Shown here one piece after another: positions 9,905-17,801 of a stretch of 24,452 nucleotides of DNA (its first letter is position 1; every line of letters begins with the position of its first letter). Below the pieces are notes generated by a model, which saw nothing but the letters and a program-made list of their open reading frames with translations, had not been told where the DNA came from and did no database searches. The position numbers were made by a program, and so were the translations under genes. Origin of the DNA: a virus. Its lineage: Duplodnaviria > Caudoviricetes. Location: IMG/VR virus record IMGVR_UViG_3300017909_002134, positions 1-24,452 of that record; one strand, given 5' to 3'.

Positions 9905-11319
9905 AGCAAGTGTCCTAGTTCAGGGAATATGTTTTTAGCATTTACTCCACGTATGGCATCTAACTTGTTGACGTATTCTTTGAATCCTGGCAGTAAGAAT
10001 GAATTATCTTTCTGATTCATGTGTGCCAACACAGCCTCCCAGCGACGCCAACCATAAGGATTTGTTTTCCAATATTCATCATCTTTTCTGTAGTTGTGCC
10101 ACAGCCAATCCTTGAACTCCAAGAATCTTTGTTCTACTTCTTGCTTGTCTTCCTTGGGCAATATCTGAATACTTAAAAATGTTGGAATGTACAACAGGTG
10201 CATATTAACAAGTCCACCTCCCATCTGCACATCACCTGGCACTGTGCCTAGGTTTAATTTTTTAAATCCGCTTTGCACTTTCCATTTCATAAAGTCTGGC
10301 AAGTGTTTTACATTAAAAATTTGTATTGCAGTTGCCAAACTTGTTTGTATGTTGTCTGGTGTGTTGTCCAACATATGTAAATTTTTTTCCACAGTGTCCC
10401 ATTTAGTAGGAAAACGTATGTACTCATCACGTTCTTGTATGGCATCCATACTCACAGCAAACTTAACTTTCTTAAATTTACTCCACAGTTCAATTAAATC
10501 TTCATCAACCAATATGCCGTTTGAGTTGTAACGCAACAGTATCTTGTCTTGATAACCTTGACGTATGATCTCTTCTATAAACTGTTTGTGTTCCTTGATC
10601 ATTAACGGTTCACCACCAGCAAAATAAACCTGTTTTAGGTTTGGTATTTGCTTGTACATCTCTTGCCAGAACTCAGGCTTTTCATGCCAGAAGTTGTTGA
10701 ATTCTTTTTTGTCCCATTGCAGTTGTTGTTTGACATCTTTGTTTTCCAACTGTGGCATTAATTGTTGCCAGTCCTTTACCCATTTACTACTGTCATGTGG
10801 TGAACACATCACACATTTAATATTGCAAGTGTGTCCCAATCTCAAATCCAAGTACAATAAATCTTCTGGCACCGTGCCGTCTTCTTTTGTTTGTCTTACC
10901 AACTCTGGAATATCAACACCGTCCTTGTACCACGTGCCTGTTTCCCATACACGTTTACTGACAACTCCTACTTTTTCTTCTTCAAAACATTTGCTACAAC
11001 TAGAAGGTATTTTGCCAGCCAACATATTTGTACGCACACTCTTCATGTAATCATTGTTCCATGCTTCCATTGGAGTATCCTTGCCAAAGTTAGCAGGCGT
11101 ACCGTCCTCTTTTTTGACGAGGCCCACTTCGTGGTCGGAACCAGCGCCGCTGGCGTTCGCTGAACAGCACAATCTCATATCACCATTAGGTCTTGTTGCA
11201 AAATGTATCCAAGGCAAAATACAAAATGTAGGACTGCCTGAAACAGATTGTAATTCTCTCTGCCATTTACCTAACTGTGAATCTTCTGGATTCATCCAAT
11301 ATTCATTGTGATCAGTCAT
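9901..11319 (-). CDS. Radical SAM protein with N-terminal Twitch/SPASM-like domain
   Basis: FCILPW...NGDMRLCC...CSKC, then CNIKCVMC, FAGGEPL, YNSNG, VSMDA, YIRFP. Paralogue of 6771-8045. Confidence 0.92.
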   Translation of the reverse strand: MTDHNEYWMNPEDSQLGKWQRELQSVSGSPTFCILPWIHFATRPNGDMRLCCSANASGAGSDHEVGLVKKEDGTPANFGKDTPMEAWNNDYMKSVRTNMLAGKIPSSCSKCFEEEKVGVVSKRVWETGTWYKDGVDIPELVRQTKEDGTVPEDLLYLDLRLGHTCNIKCVMCSPHDSSKWVKDWQQLMPQLENKDVKQQLQWDKKEFNNFWHEKPEFWQEMYKQIPNLKQVYFAGGEPLMIKEHKQFIEEIIRQGYQDKILLRYNSNGILVDEDLIELWSKFKKVKFAVSMDAIQERDEYIRFPTKWDTVEKNLHMLDNTPDNIQTSLATAIQIFNVKHLPDFMKWKVQSGFKKLNLGTVPGDVQMGGGLVNMHLLYIPTFLSIQILPKEDKQEVEQRFLEFKDWLWHNYRKDDEYWKTNPYGWRRWEAVLAHMNQKDNSFLLPGFKEYVNKLDAIRGVNAKNIFPELGHLL

Positions 11320-11929
11320 TTAATATCCTATACATTTTTTCTGCAACAGCATTGTTACTCTCCTGTCCTGGGTGCATACCATCTGTTGCTTTATCATAAA
11401 TGGTTATGCCATCGTTGTGCCAATTACTGACATTAATAAAATCAATTTTGTGTCTTTCTAATTCGCTTGGCGTTGCAGGAAAATGAATATATTTTATACC
11501 TAATTTATTAAGGTACAAGTCTGCGTGTTGTATATAGAACCAAGACTTCATTGCGTAATCTTTTTCATCTAAAAATTCTACCCATTTGCGTTCTTGATGT
11601 GTTTTATTCCAAGGTCCTAATCTATCTCTAAACAACGGAAACTTATGTTGGTTATTGAACAACATATCTCTCACAAAATGACTCCACATAATTACTACAA
11701 CATCATCCTTTTTGTAATCAAATTTTAAAATGCTGTACAATATTTCTACATTACTACTGCCTGGAAATGATTTGTTTACAAGTTCCATATCAAGTTTGTT
11801 TGCCAATGATTGTGCCCAACCTAGTTTGCTAGGTTTAAGATGATGAAACTGATTAAAGAACCAATTTTTACAATCCTCTAGTCCAGTTCCATATGTGTAA
11901 GAACAGCCAAACGTGATTAATCTTTGCAT
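11312..11929 (-). CDS. SGNH/GDSL hydrolase-like protein
   Basis: Block I FGCSYTYG, block II PGSSN, block V DGMHP (DxxH). Start moved from 11944 to the ATG at 11929, which has a GGAG upstream. Confidence 0.8.
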   Translation of the reverse strand: MQRLITFGCSYTYGTGLEDCKNWFFNQFHHLKPSKLGWAQSLANKLDMELVNKSFPGSSNVEILYSILKFDYKKDDVVVIMWSHFVRDMLFNNQHKFPLFRDRLGPWNKTHQERKWVEFLDEKDYAMKSWFYIQHADLYLNKLGIKYIHFPATPSELERHKIDFINVSNWHNDGITIYDKATDGMHPGQESNNAVAEKMYRILND

Positions 11930-12738
11930 TGATCTTCTCCCCATTGTCTTTCTTTACACCAGAAACATTTACCGCACACAGGCACGGGCGACCCTGGCAC
12001 ATATGTCTTGTAATCCAAGTCTCCAAAGATTTCAGGATATGTGTCTCGATCACCTTCACAACTGCGAGTAAGATTGAATAGGTCCATTATGCCTAATTTC
12101 TTGAATTGAGCAACTATCCAATCCTTCTGTACATATGTGAATGGGTGACAAGCATAGCCGCCCATGTGTGGTTTGATGAGTTTTTCTAGAGTCTTATCAC
12201 CAATAGTATCTATTAAGACATCTCTGTCCAATAGTCTCTCATCAAATTCTTTATCAGGATTCTTGGTCACAGCACAAAACCAAGCATCCAATTTTTCTGT
12301 ATGAGCAACGTATTCTGCGTGTGCTCTTAATTCTATTTGATTACCGCTTTTCATTTTTCCATATTCGTCCATGATGTTTGGACCTTTTGAACCCCATTCT
12401 AAATCAGGAGCAATAAAATTTTCGTGTCTTGTGAATTTAATTGTTGGAAAATTATCAACCAACCAATGATATACATCTAAACTGTTTTGTTTTTGCCAAG
12501 GTCTGGTCTTCCAACATCTAATATTTGTAATAATGTGTACTTCTGATGTGTAAAGTTTTTGTGTGATTATACTGCACAGCAACACTGCCATCAAGGCACT
12601 GTCCGCTCCACCACTCAAACTGATGCCTACTCTCTGCCATCTTTCAGAAAAAGGAAACACAACTCCATCAATCTCATGGAGAATGTTCTTGTAGAGACTG
12701 GTTTGGTAAACCGCTTTGATGTGTTCGTAATCTGGCAT
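11917..12738 (-). CDS. QueC-like PP-loop ATP pyrophosphatase
   Basis: PP-loop ISLSGGADS and C-terminal Zn-site-like TRSC...CGKCFWC. Start moved from 12855 to the ATG at 12738, which removes the overlap with the divergent gene and lies downstream of ATAAATA. Confidence 0.75.
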   Translation of the reverse strand: MPDYEHIKAVYQTSLYKNILHEIDGVVFPFSERWQRVGISLSGGADSALMAVLLCSIITQKLYTSEVHIITNIRCWKTRPWQKQNSLDVYHWLVDNFPTIKFTRHENFIAPDLEWGSKGPNIMDEYGKMKSGNQIELRAHAEYVAHTEKLDAWFCAVTKNPDKEFDERLLDRDVLIDTIGDKTLEKLIKPHMGGYACHPFTYVQKDWIVAQFKKLGIMDLFNLTRSCEGDRDTYPEIFGDLDYKTYVPGSPVPVCGKCFWCKERQWGEDQCKD

Positions 12739-12751
12739 AATTGGACATGAA

Positions 12752-12758
12752 TATTTAT
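12752..12758 (-). promoter_or_regulatory. T4 gp55-type late promoter-like motif (ATAAATA)
   Basis: Reads TATTTAT on the + strand, 13 nt upstream of the ATG at 12738, in a divergent intergenic gap. Confidence 0.55.
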
Positions 12759-12788
12759 CGTTATTAAGTACGCATATAATTTTTTCCG

Positions 12789-12795
12789 ATAAGTA
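12789..12795 (+). promoter_or_regulatory. Late promoter-like motif (ATAAGTA), probably leaderless
   Basis: 4 nt before the ATG at 12800, with no Shine-Dalgarno. TAAGTAC also occurs at 12765-12771. Confidence 0.5.
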
Positions 12796-12799
12796 CAGT

Positions 12800-13477
12800 A
12801 TGTTGGAAAGAATCAATACCAAAATAGATGCCAAATCCATTTTCGATATTACCAAACAATTACCGCCAGGTAAGAATGTTTTGAATAAACCTACTGGTGA
12901 TTTCTTTTATGATGAATGGAAACTGGAAGACAAGTGGTTAGGCACTCCTGTAGAAGACCTTTTGAGTCAATTACCTAATCATGGTGAAGCAAGAGTCATA
13001 GTTTTATCGCCAGGACAGAGTTATTGTGCCCATGCAGACATAGATGATAGGTGGCACATCACACTAGATGCGGAACAAAGTTATCTTATTGATTTGGATA
13101 ACAACAAAAATTATAAATTAGAAGTAGATGACGAGGTTTATGTGATGGATTCAGGAAGAATTCACACTGCAACCAACTTTGGCTTCAAACCACGATATCA
13201 GTTGGTTATACGCAAATTACTGAAAAGGAATGATTTACAAGATCCTGTGACTGCCAAGATAGAATTAATAGATCCACCATACAATGTAAGATATCTTTTT
13301 GATAAAAGTTTTTCTATTTTATTAAACAAATTAGAAAAAGAAGGAAAAATTAATAATTTTAGACGCACTAACAATAATTCAATAGCATTAGATATAGAAA
13401 AAGAAGAGGTGCAACAATTAATAGACCTAGAAAAGACTTGTGGCTTCAAGTACAAAATAGTTTATGGAAAATTTTAA
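12800..13477 (+). CDS. Fe(II)/2OG oxygenase-like protein (Asp/Asn beta-hydroxylase-like) with C-terminal extension
   Basis: ARVIVLSPGQSYCAHAD (HxD), RWHI, and IHTATNFGFKPRYQL (distal His and Arg). Confidence 0.8.
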   Translation: MLERINTKIDAKSIFDITKQLPPGKNVLNKPTGDFFYDEWKLEDKWLGTPVEDLLSQLPNHGEARVIVLSPGQSYCAHADIDDRWHITLDAEQSYLIDLDNNKNYKLEVDDEVYVMDSGRIHTATNFGFKPRYQLVIRKLLKRNDLQDPVTAKIELIDPPYNVRYLFDKSFSILLNKLEKEGKINNFRRTNNNSIALDIEKEEVQQLIDLEKTCGFKYKIVYGKF

Positions 13478-14084
13478 TAATTTTTACAAATTTAAGGGAG
13501 GACTCGCTGTGACGAATATGCTTTACGAGCCTCTTGTTAGCAACAACAAAAAAATTTTTTGTATGAATTGGAATGCAAACAAATATTTTGAGAACGCGGA
13601 AATGACAGACGAACTTTACAACTATTGGTTTAATCAAGAAGTGAAATATTTGTTCAAATTAAAAAATAAAAAATATATTCCTGAGGTTATTAATATAGAT
13701 TACACAAAAAGAACAATTATATTTCGTTGGTATGACAAAAGTCTACATTGGTTGTTGGAAACAAAACAAATTCACAATATTCCAAATTGGCAAGACAAAA
13801 TAAAAGCCATCAAAGATGATTTAGAAGAGAATAACATATACAAAATTAATATGTACCCGCACACCTTTTACTTTGATGATGAAGACAATGCACATATTAT
13901 GGATCTATATGGTTGCACAGATGTTGATACAAAATTTTTAGATATACAGTTTCTTAAACCTCTTATACGTAACGATAGATTTGATAAATTTATAGTAAAC
14001 GACCAATTAGACACACATGAATTGTACAATGAAACTATTAAAACTAACTATGCTGAATGGCCGGGAGATTTTTTAAATGCTTGA
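13464..14084 (+). CDS. Protein-kinase-like fold protein, degenerate catalytic loop
   Basis: Helix-C-like FNQEVKYLFKL, IPEVINID, loop YKINMYPHTF, DFG-like MDLYG. Confidence 0.5.
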   Translation: MENFNNFYKFKGGLAVTNMLYEPLVSNNKKIFCMNWNANKYFENAEMTDELYNYWFNQEVKYLFKLKNKKYIPEVINIDYTKRTIIFRWYDKSLHWLLETKQIHNIPNWQDKIKAIKDDLEENNIYKINMYPHTFYFDDEDNAHIMDLYGCTDVDTKFLDIQFLKPLIRNDRFDKFIVNDQLDTHELYNETIKTNYAEWPGDFLNA

Positions 14085-14613
14085 GTTTGTGGGTAACTGT
14101 AATCATATCCTTAATTGGAATGAAATAATAAATGAAGTAAAAGATCAAGAAGGTAAGTGTGCCTGCAAGTATCTGCCTGTGTCAGAAGTGCCAGAACTAA
14201 AAGAAATTAATGACGCACTGGGCAAATACTGCCAACCATCTATAGAATGGATCAACTACTACCCAGGCAAAGAGTTTTCAATGGAGGTAGCAGAGAAGTT
14301 TGGAGAATTTGTTGGTGCACCAAGAATGATTAAGAGTTGGATATCAAAAATATATCCAGGTAAGACTGCTCCATGGCATTGGGATTGGGACGTTGATTGG
14401 AAAAAATACACTGAACAAGGCAATCCTGTAAGATTCACAGCAATGATTAATGAACCTGCACCAGGACACGTGTTTATTGTAGGTGATGAAGCATTGTACA
14501 ATCAAAAACAAGGAGATGTTCACAAGTGGCCTGACTTTAAATCATATCATGGAGGAACAAATTGTGGACTTGTACCTAAATTTAATTTTAATTACTTGGC
14601 ATACGCAGAATGA
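14077..14613 (+). CDS. Fe(II)/2OG oxygenase-like (cupin/DSBH) protein
   Basis: SWISKIYPGKTAPWHWD (HxD) and YHGGTNCGLVPK. GGAG RBS. Confidence 0.8.
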   Translation: MLEFVGNCNHILNWNEIINEVKDQEGKCACKYLPVSEVPELKEINDALGKYCQPSIEWINYYPGKEFSMEVAEKFGEFVGAPRMIKSWISKIYPGKTAPWHWDWDVDWKKYTEQGNPVRFTAMINEPAPGHVFIVGDEALYNQKQGDVHKWPDFKSYHGGTNCGLVPKFNFNYLAYAE

Positions 14614-15164
14614 AACAATACATAGGAAATTGTAGTGACGTGATAGACTGGAATGCAGTTGTAGAAAGTGTTGCCAACTCTAAACCAGCATACCAAGGAC
14701 CAAGACACACACGAAATGATGACCTACCTGGCATTAAAGAGATCAGTGAAGCATGGGACAAGGCAGGATACACACTCGCATCAGAAGGTGGCACAGTTGG
14801 TTGGGATATGTGTATACCTGAAACTAATTTTGATAGAAGTGTTGTAGATAAATTTTCTGATTATGTGGGTGTTGATGTTTTAAGTTGTTGGGTCAGTGTG
14901 ATACATCAAGGATATCATGCTCCATGGCATTGGGACACACAGGACAACGAAGAAGAATTAAAGAAGTTAGGTGCTATTGAAAGATTTCATGTGCATATGC
15001 AGGACACACGTCCAGGACATATATTAATTGTTGAAGATGAATTGTACTACAACGCAAAACAAGGTGATGTTTACAAGTGGCCAGATAGAAATGCATGGCA
15101 CGCCGGCAGTAATTGTGGACAAAATCCAAAATACATTTTTAATTTCTTTGGAACAAAAAGATGA
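14610..15164 (+). CDS. Fe(II)/2OG oxygenase-like protein, tandem paralogue of 14077-14613
   Basis: CWVSVIHQGYHAPWHWD, PGHILIV, KQGDVYKWPD, WHAGSNCGQNPK. ATGA coupling to the upstream gene. Confidence 0.8.
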   Translation: MKQYIGNCSDVIDWNAVVESVANSKPAYQGPRHTRNDDLPGIKEISEAWDKAGYTLASEGGTVGWDMCIPETNFDRSVVDKFSDYVGVDVLSCWVSVIHQGYHAPWHWDTQDNEEELKKLGAIERFHVHMQDTRPGHILIVEDELYYNAKQGDVYKWPDRNAWHAGSNCGQNPKYIFNFFGTKR

Positions 15165-15715
15165 AAATAATAATAACAGGACACACATCACCTATGGGCA
15201 GTGCCCTATACGAACATTATTCATCTATGAATGAAGTGTTAGGTGTAAGTAAGAATGAAGGATTCGACTTCACAAAAAATCATCATCAAGATCAAATTGT
15301 TGATATGGCTTTGGCAAGGGACGTATTTCTAAATGTGGCCCACGTCGGCACAGCACAGTCAACTTTAATGATGAAATTAAAACAACGCTGGAGTCCAGAA
15401 GCACCATTACGTAAAGTTATAACTGTGGGCACATTGGCAACAAAAGTAGATAAAAAATTATTAGAGCAGGTTAACATTGACAAGCAATACCTCAAAGACA
15501 AACATCACATAGATGCAGTCAGCAACGCAATAACAAATGAAAAGCCATTTGGTGAACAGTTACATTTTACTCTTGTGCGTGTTTTAAACTATGGTGAAAA
15601 GACAGGTGACAGAGCAGGTGAACCCACTTGCAGTGTAGAGGATATATGTAGAACTTTTGATTATATCATTAATGAACCTATGTATATAGGTAAGTTAGAT
15701 ATTAGACGTAATTAA
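15161..15715 (+). CDS. Short SDR/NAD(P)-binding Rossmann-fold protein
   Basis: MKIIITGHTSPMG (variant of TGxxxGxG), DVFLNVAH, and YxxxK (YLKDK). Confidence 0.65.
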   Translation: MKIIITGHTSPMGSALYEHYSSMNEVLGVSKNEGFDFTKNHHQDQIVDMALARDVFLNVAHVGTAQSTLMMKLKQRWSPEAPLRKVITVGTLATKVDKKLLEQVNIDKQYLKDKHHIDAVSNAITNEKPFGEQLHFTLVRVLNYGEKTGDRAGEPTCSVEDICRTFDYIINEPMYIGKLDIRRN

Positions 15716-16518
15716 TATTCAGATAGATTATCAATACTTAACTGTTTACGAAACTTGTCTGTAAACACACAATCAATTCTTAAGCCATATTCCTGTTCAG
15801 CATTTACTTCTCCGCCATGCCAGTCTTGATCATTCCAAAATGCGGCATTAGAATTTATGTAAACTTTGTTTTGTTTTTCAGGATCCCATATGTAGAACCC
15901 TCTTTTTGTGTTGTGTCTTATGTGTATGAATTCATTCTTGTGTCCACTGTATCCTTGATTGTCTCCATGCTTTCCATCAAGGTCTCTATGTTCAAATGGT
16001 TTGCCGTCGTGTTCGCAATGGAAGAATATCACTCTTCCTATGCTTTCTATGATGCCCGTGTTTACTAATTCTTTTATCCAAGCCACTAGACCTGGAAAAT
16101 ATTTTGCTTCTTCTGTTATGTTTCTTTCAGCATTTCTTTGATCCCAATCTCCTTCTTCCCAAAGGAAATAATAAATGTAAGGATCCTTTGCACCCAACAC
16201 AGCCTTAAGATACCTTGTGAACTGATTGCGTGTTTTGTAATCTTTTATATTTGCATATAGGTCATCACCATTTTTTCGGATTGGATCACTTTCTGGTAGT
16301 GCTTTGTACTCTTCCAAAGCCATGTAAATTGGTTTCCAATTTAATTGGTAACTCATATCTTTTGGATCAAAACCTGGCGACATCCAAGTACCTTCTTTGG
16401 CATATTCTCTTGCCAAAGCAAAGCCTCTACATATTTCTGGATGTAGATTTTTAAAACCTTCTATGTCTATGTGTTCGTCTAAATCAATATATGGACGACC
16501 GCCAATTCCTCTGATCAT
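15712..16518 (-). CDS. Fe(II)/2OG oxygenase-like protein
   Basis: GRVIFF...FEHRD (HxD) and WHGGE...YGLRID. Confidence 0.65.
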   Translation of the reverse strand: MIRGIGGRPYIDLDEHIDIEGFKNLHPEICRGFALAREYAKEGTWMSPGFDPKDMSYQLNWKPIYMALEEYKALPESDPIRKNGDDLYANIKDYKTRNQFTRYLKAVLGAKDPYIYYFLWEEGDWDQRNAERNITEEAKYFPGLVAWIKELVNTGIIESIGRVIFFHCEHDGKPFEHRDLDGKHGDNQGYSGHKNEFIHIRHNTKRGFYIWDPEKQNKVYINSNAAFWNDQDWHGGEVNAEQEYGLRIDCVFTDKFRKQLSIDNLSEY

Positions 16519-16523
16519 ACAAC

Positions 16524-16540
16524 TATTTACTGTTTAAATA
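16524..16540. promoter_or_regulatory. Back-to-back late promoter-like motifs (TAAATA on each strand)
   Basis: In a 32-bp divergent gap: minus-strand TAAATA at 16524-16529, 5 nt before the ATG at 16518; plus-strand TAAATA at 16535-16540, 10 nt before the ATG at 16551. Confidence 0.6.
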
Positions 16541-16550
16541 CATACATATT

Positions 16551-17123
16551 ATGGCTTTTGAATTGGTACCATACTCTGATAGATTTGACCTAACAGAATT
16601 CTACAACACTGCCAAGCAGAAAGGATTTGTCAACAACAGTTCTAAAAAGATGTTGATAGACTCTTTGTCTAAAGAAGATAGATGGCAAGTTTGGTTATTG
16701 TGTTGGAAAGGAAAAGTTATAGGGTCAACTGCGGCTCATTCGTTTCCTGAAATGGGACCTGACAGTTATCGTATTGCTTGTAGAATATGTACATTCACAG
16801 ATGCTTTACCTAAAGAATATCAAGTGGTGCGTACACGAGATACCATTAGAAATCATCAAACCACCACACAACAATTTTTTCAACCTGCAGGTATTATGTG
16901 GGCAGGATTTAATAAAAATTATTTTGTCACAACCAATGAAAATGCAGAAGGCACTCAACGTCTAGTGCATTCTATTGTGGCACCAACATTAGAGAGTACA
17001 GGTGTGTACACAAGAATAACAGACATGGATTACAGAGGTACACGTCAAACTGTGTGGCGTGTGAATGCAGATATATATTTTGATCAATTACAACACGTAA
17101 AGGCTTGGCCATTTGTAAAATGA
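16551..17123 (+). CDS. Hypothetical protein, possible GNAT-fold acyltransferase
   Basis: Strand pattern WQVWLLCWKGKVIGSTAAH...YRIACRIC resembles GNAT beta2-beta4. No clear acetyl-CoA-binding R/QxxGxG motif. Confidence 0.4.
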   Translation: MAFELVPYSDRFDLTEFYNTAKQKGFVNNSSKKMLIDSLSKEDRWQVWLLCWKGKVIGSTAAHSFPEMGPDSYRIACRICTFTDALPKEYQVVRTRDTIRNHQTTTQQFFQPAGIMWAGFNKNYFVTTNENAEGTQRLVHSIVAPTLESTGVYTRITDMDYRGTRQTVWRVNADIYFDQLQHVKAWPFVK

Positions 17124-17797
17124 AATACTATTATAACAATGTTCCCGGTAAAGGTTTATGTAGAAACAATTTAATCTACACTAGTCTTATAAATGAAGAT
17201 AAGACAGAATTTTGTATGTGGTTCAACAATGATACAGATTATCATAAAGGACAGAATGAAGTTGTAGATCCTGCATTAATGGATATGAAGTTTAAAAGAG
17301 AAAAGGATTTCTTAAAAATGCTAGATGTTGACCATAAAGAAATTATACCTTCTATTACAAAGATTGATAATAAAGAGAAAAAAATTTATTTTCAAATTGA
17401 AGGAGATGATTTTTGGGAACAAAGTCATGGCAAAAAATATGAAGACGTTGTGCCTAGATGGCAAGAAGAAATGTTGTATATTTTAGAGACGCACAAAAAA
17501 TTAGGCATCTACAAATACAGTTTACATCCGAGCAGTTATTGGGTAATTGATGGTGAATTAAGAAATGTCAATTACTTCTTTGCATACAGAGAGGATGAAG
17601 CACCTATCACAGTGCAGGAACATTTGAGTCATATATCCAAAGAGCGACAAAAAGAGTTGATGCCTAAAATGGAAAAAATGAGAATTAAAGCCACCAAGAG
17701 TTATTCATTTCACAAGTTACAAATACTATGCCTGGAAAGTTTTAGAAATGTTTATCCAGACAGTTTCATAGACAAGGCAATTTCCATTTATAAGTAA
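17120..17797 (+). CDS. Kinase-like fold protein, paralogue of 13464-14084
   Basis: Start moved from 17105 to the ATG at 17120 (ATGA overlap). NNLIYTSLINEDKTEFCM aligns with TNMLYEPLVSNNKKIFCM; FKREKDFL with FNQEVKYL; IYKYSLHPSSY with IYKINMYPHTF. Confidence 0.5.
   Translation: MKYYYNNVPGKGLCRNNLIYTSLINEDKTEFCMWFNNDTDYHKGQNEVVDPALMDMKFKREKDFLKMLDVDHKEIIPSITKIDNKEKKIYFQIEGDDFWEQSHGKKYEDVVPRWQEEMLYILETHKKLGIYKYSLHPSSYWVIDGELRNVNYFFAYREDEAPITVQEHLSHISKERQKELMPKMEKMRIKATKSYSFHKLQILCLESFRNVYPDSFIDKAISIYK
17789..17796 (+). promoter_or_regulatory. Late promoter-like motif (TATAAGTA), probably leaderless
   Basis: One mismatch to T4 TATAAATA, 5 nt before the ATG at 17802, no Shine-Dalgarno. Confidence 0.5.
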
Positions 17798-17801
17798 TAA
17801 T

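Noticed and set aside
11095-11165. Local GC-rich patch with a short inverted repeat (CCAGCG-C-CGCTGG)
   Set aside because: It is explained by Ala/Gly/Ser codons (ANASGAGS) inside a radical SAM gene, and the loop is too short for a convincing structure.
2013-12738. Canonical 7-deazaguanine DNA modification locus (QueE plus QueC)
   Set aside because: The radical SAM proteins carry auxiliary Cys-rich domains and are longer than QueE, and no FolE, QueD or DpdA is visible in the window.
12674-12748. Out-of-frame 24-codon minus-strand ORF (MSNYARLRTHQ...) starting 3 nt after the ATAAATA motif
   Set aside because: It overlaps the QueC-like gene in another frame and has no other support, so it is probably chance.
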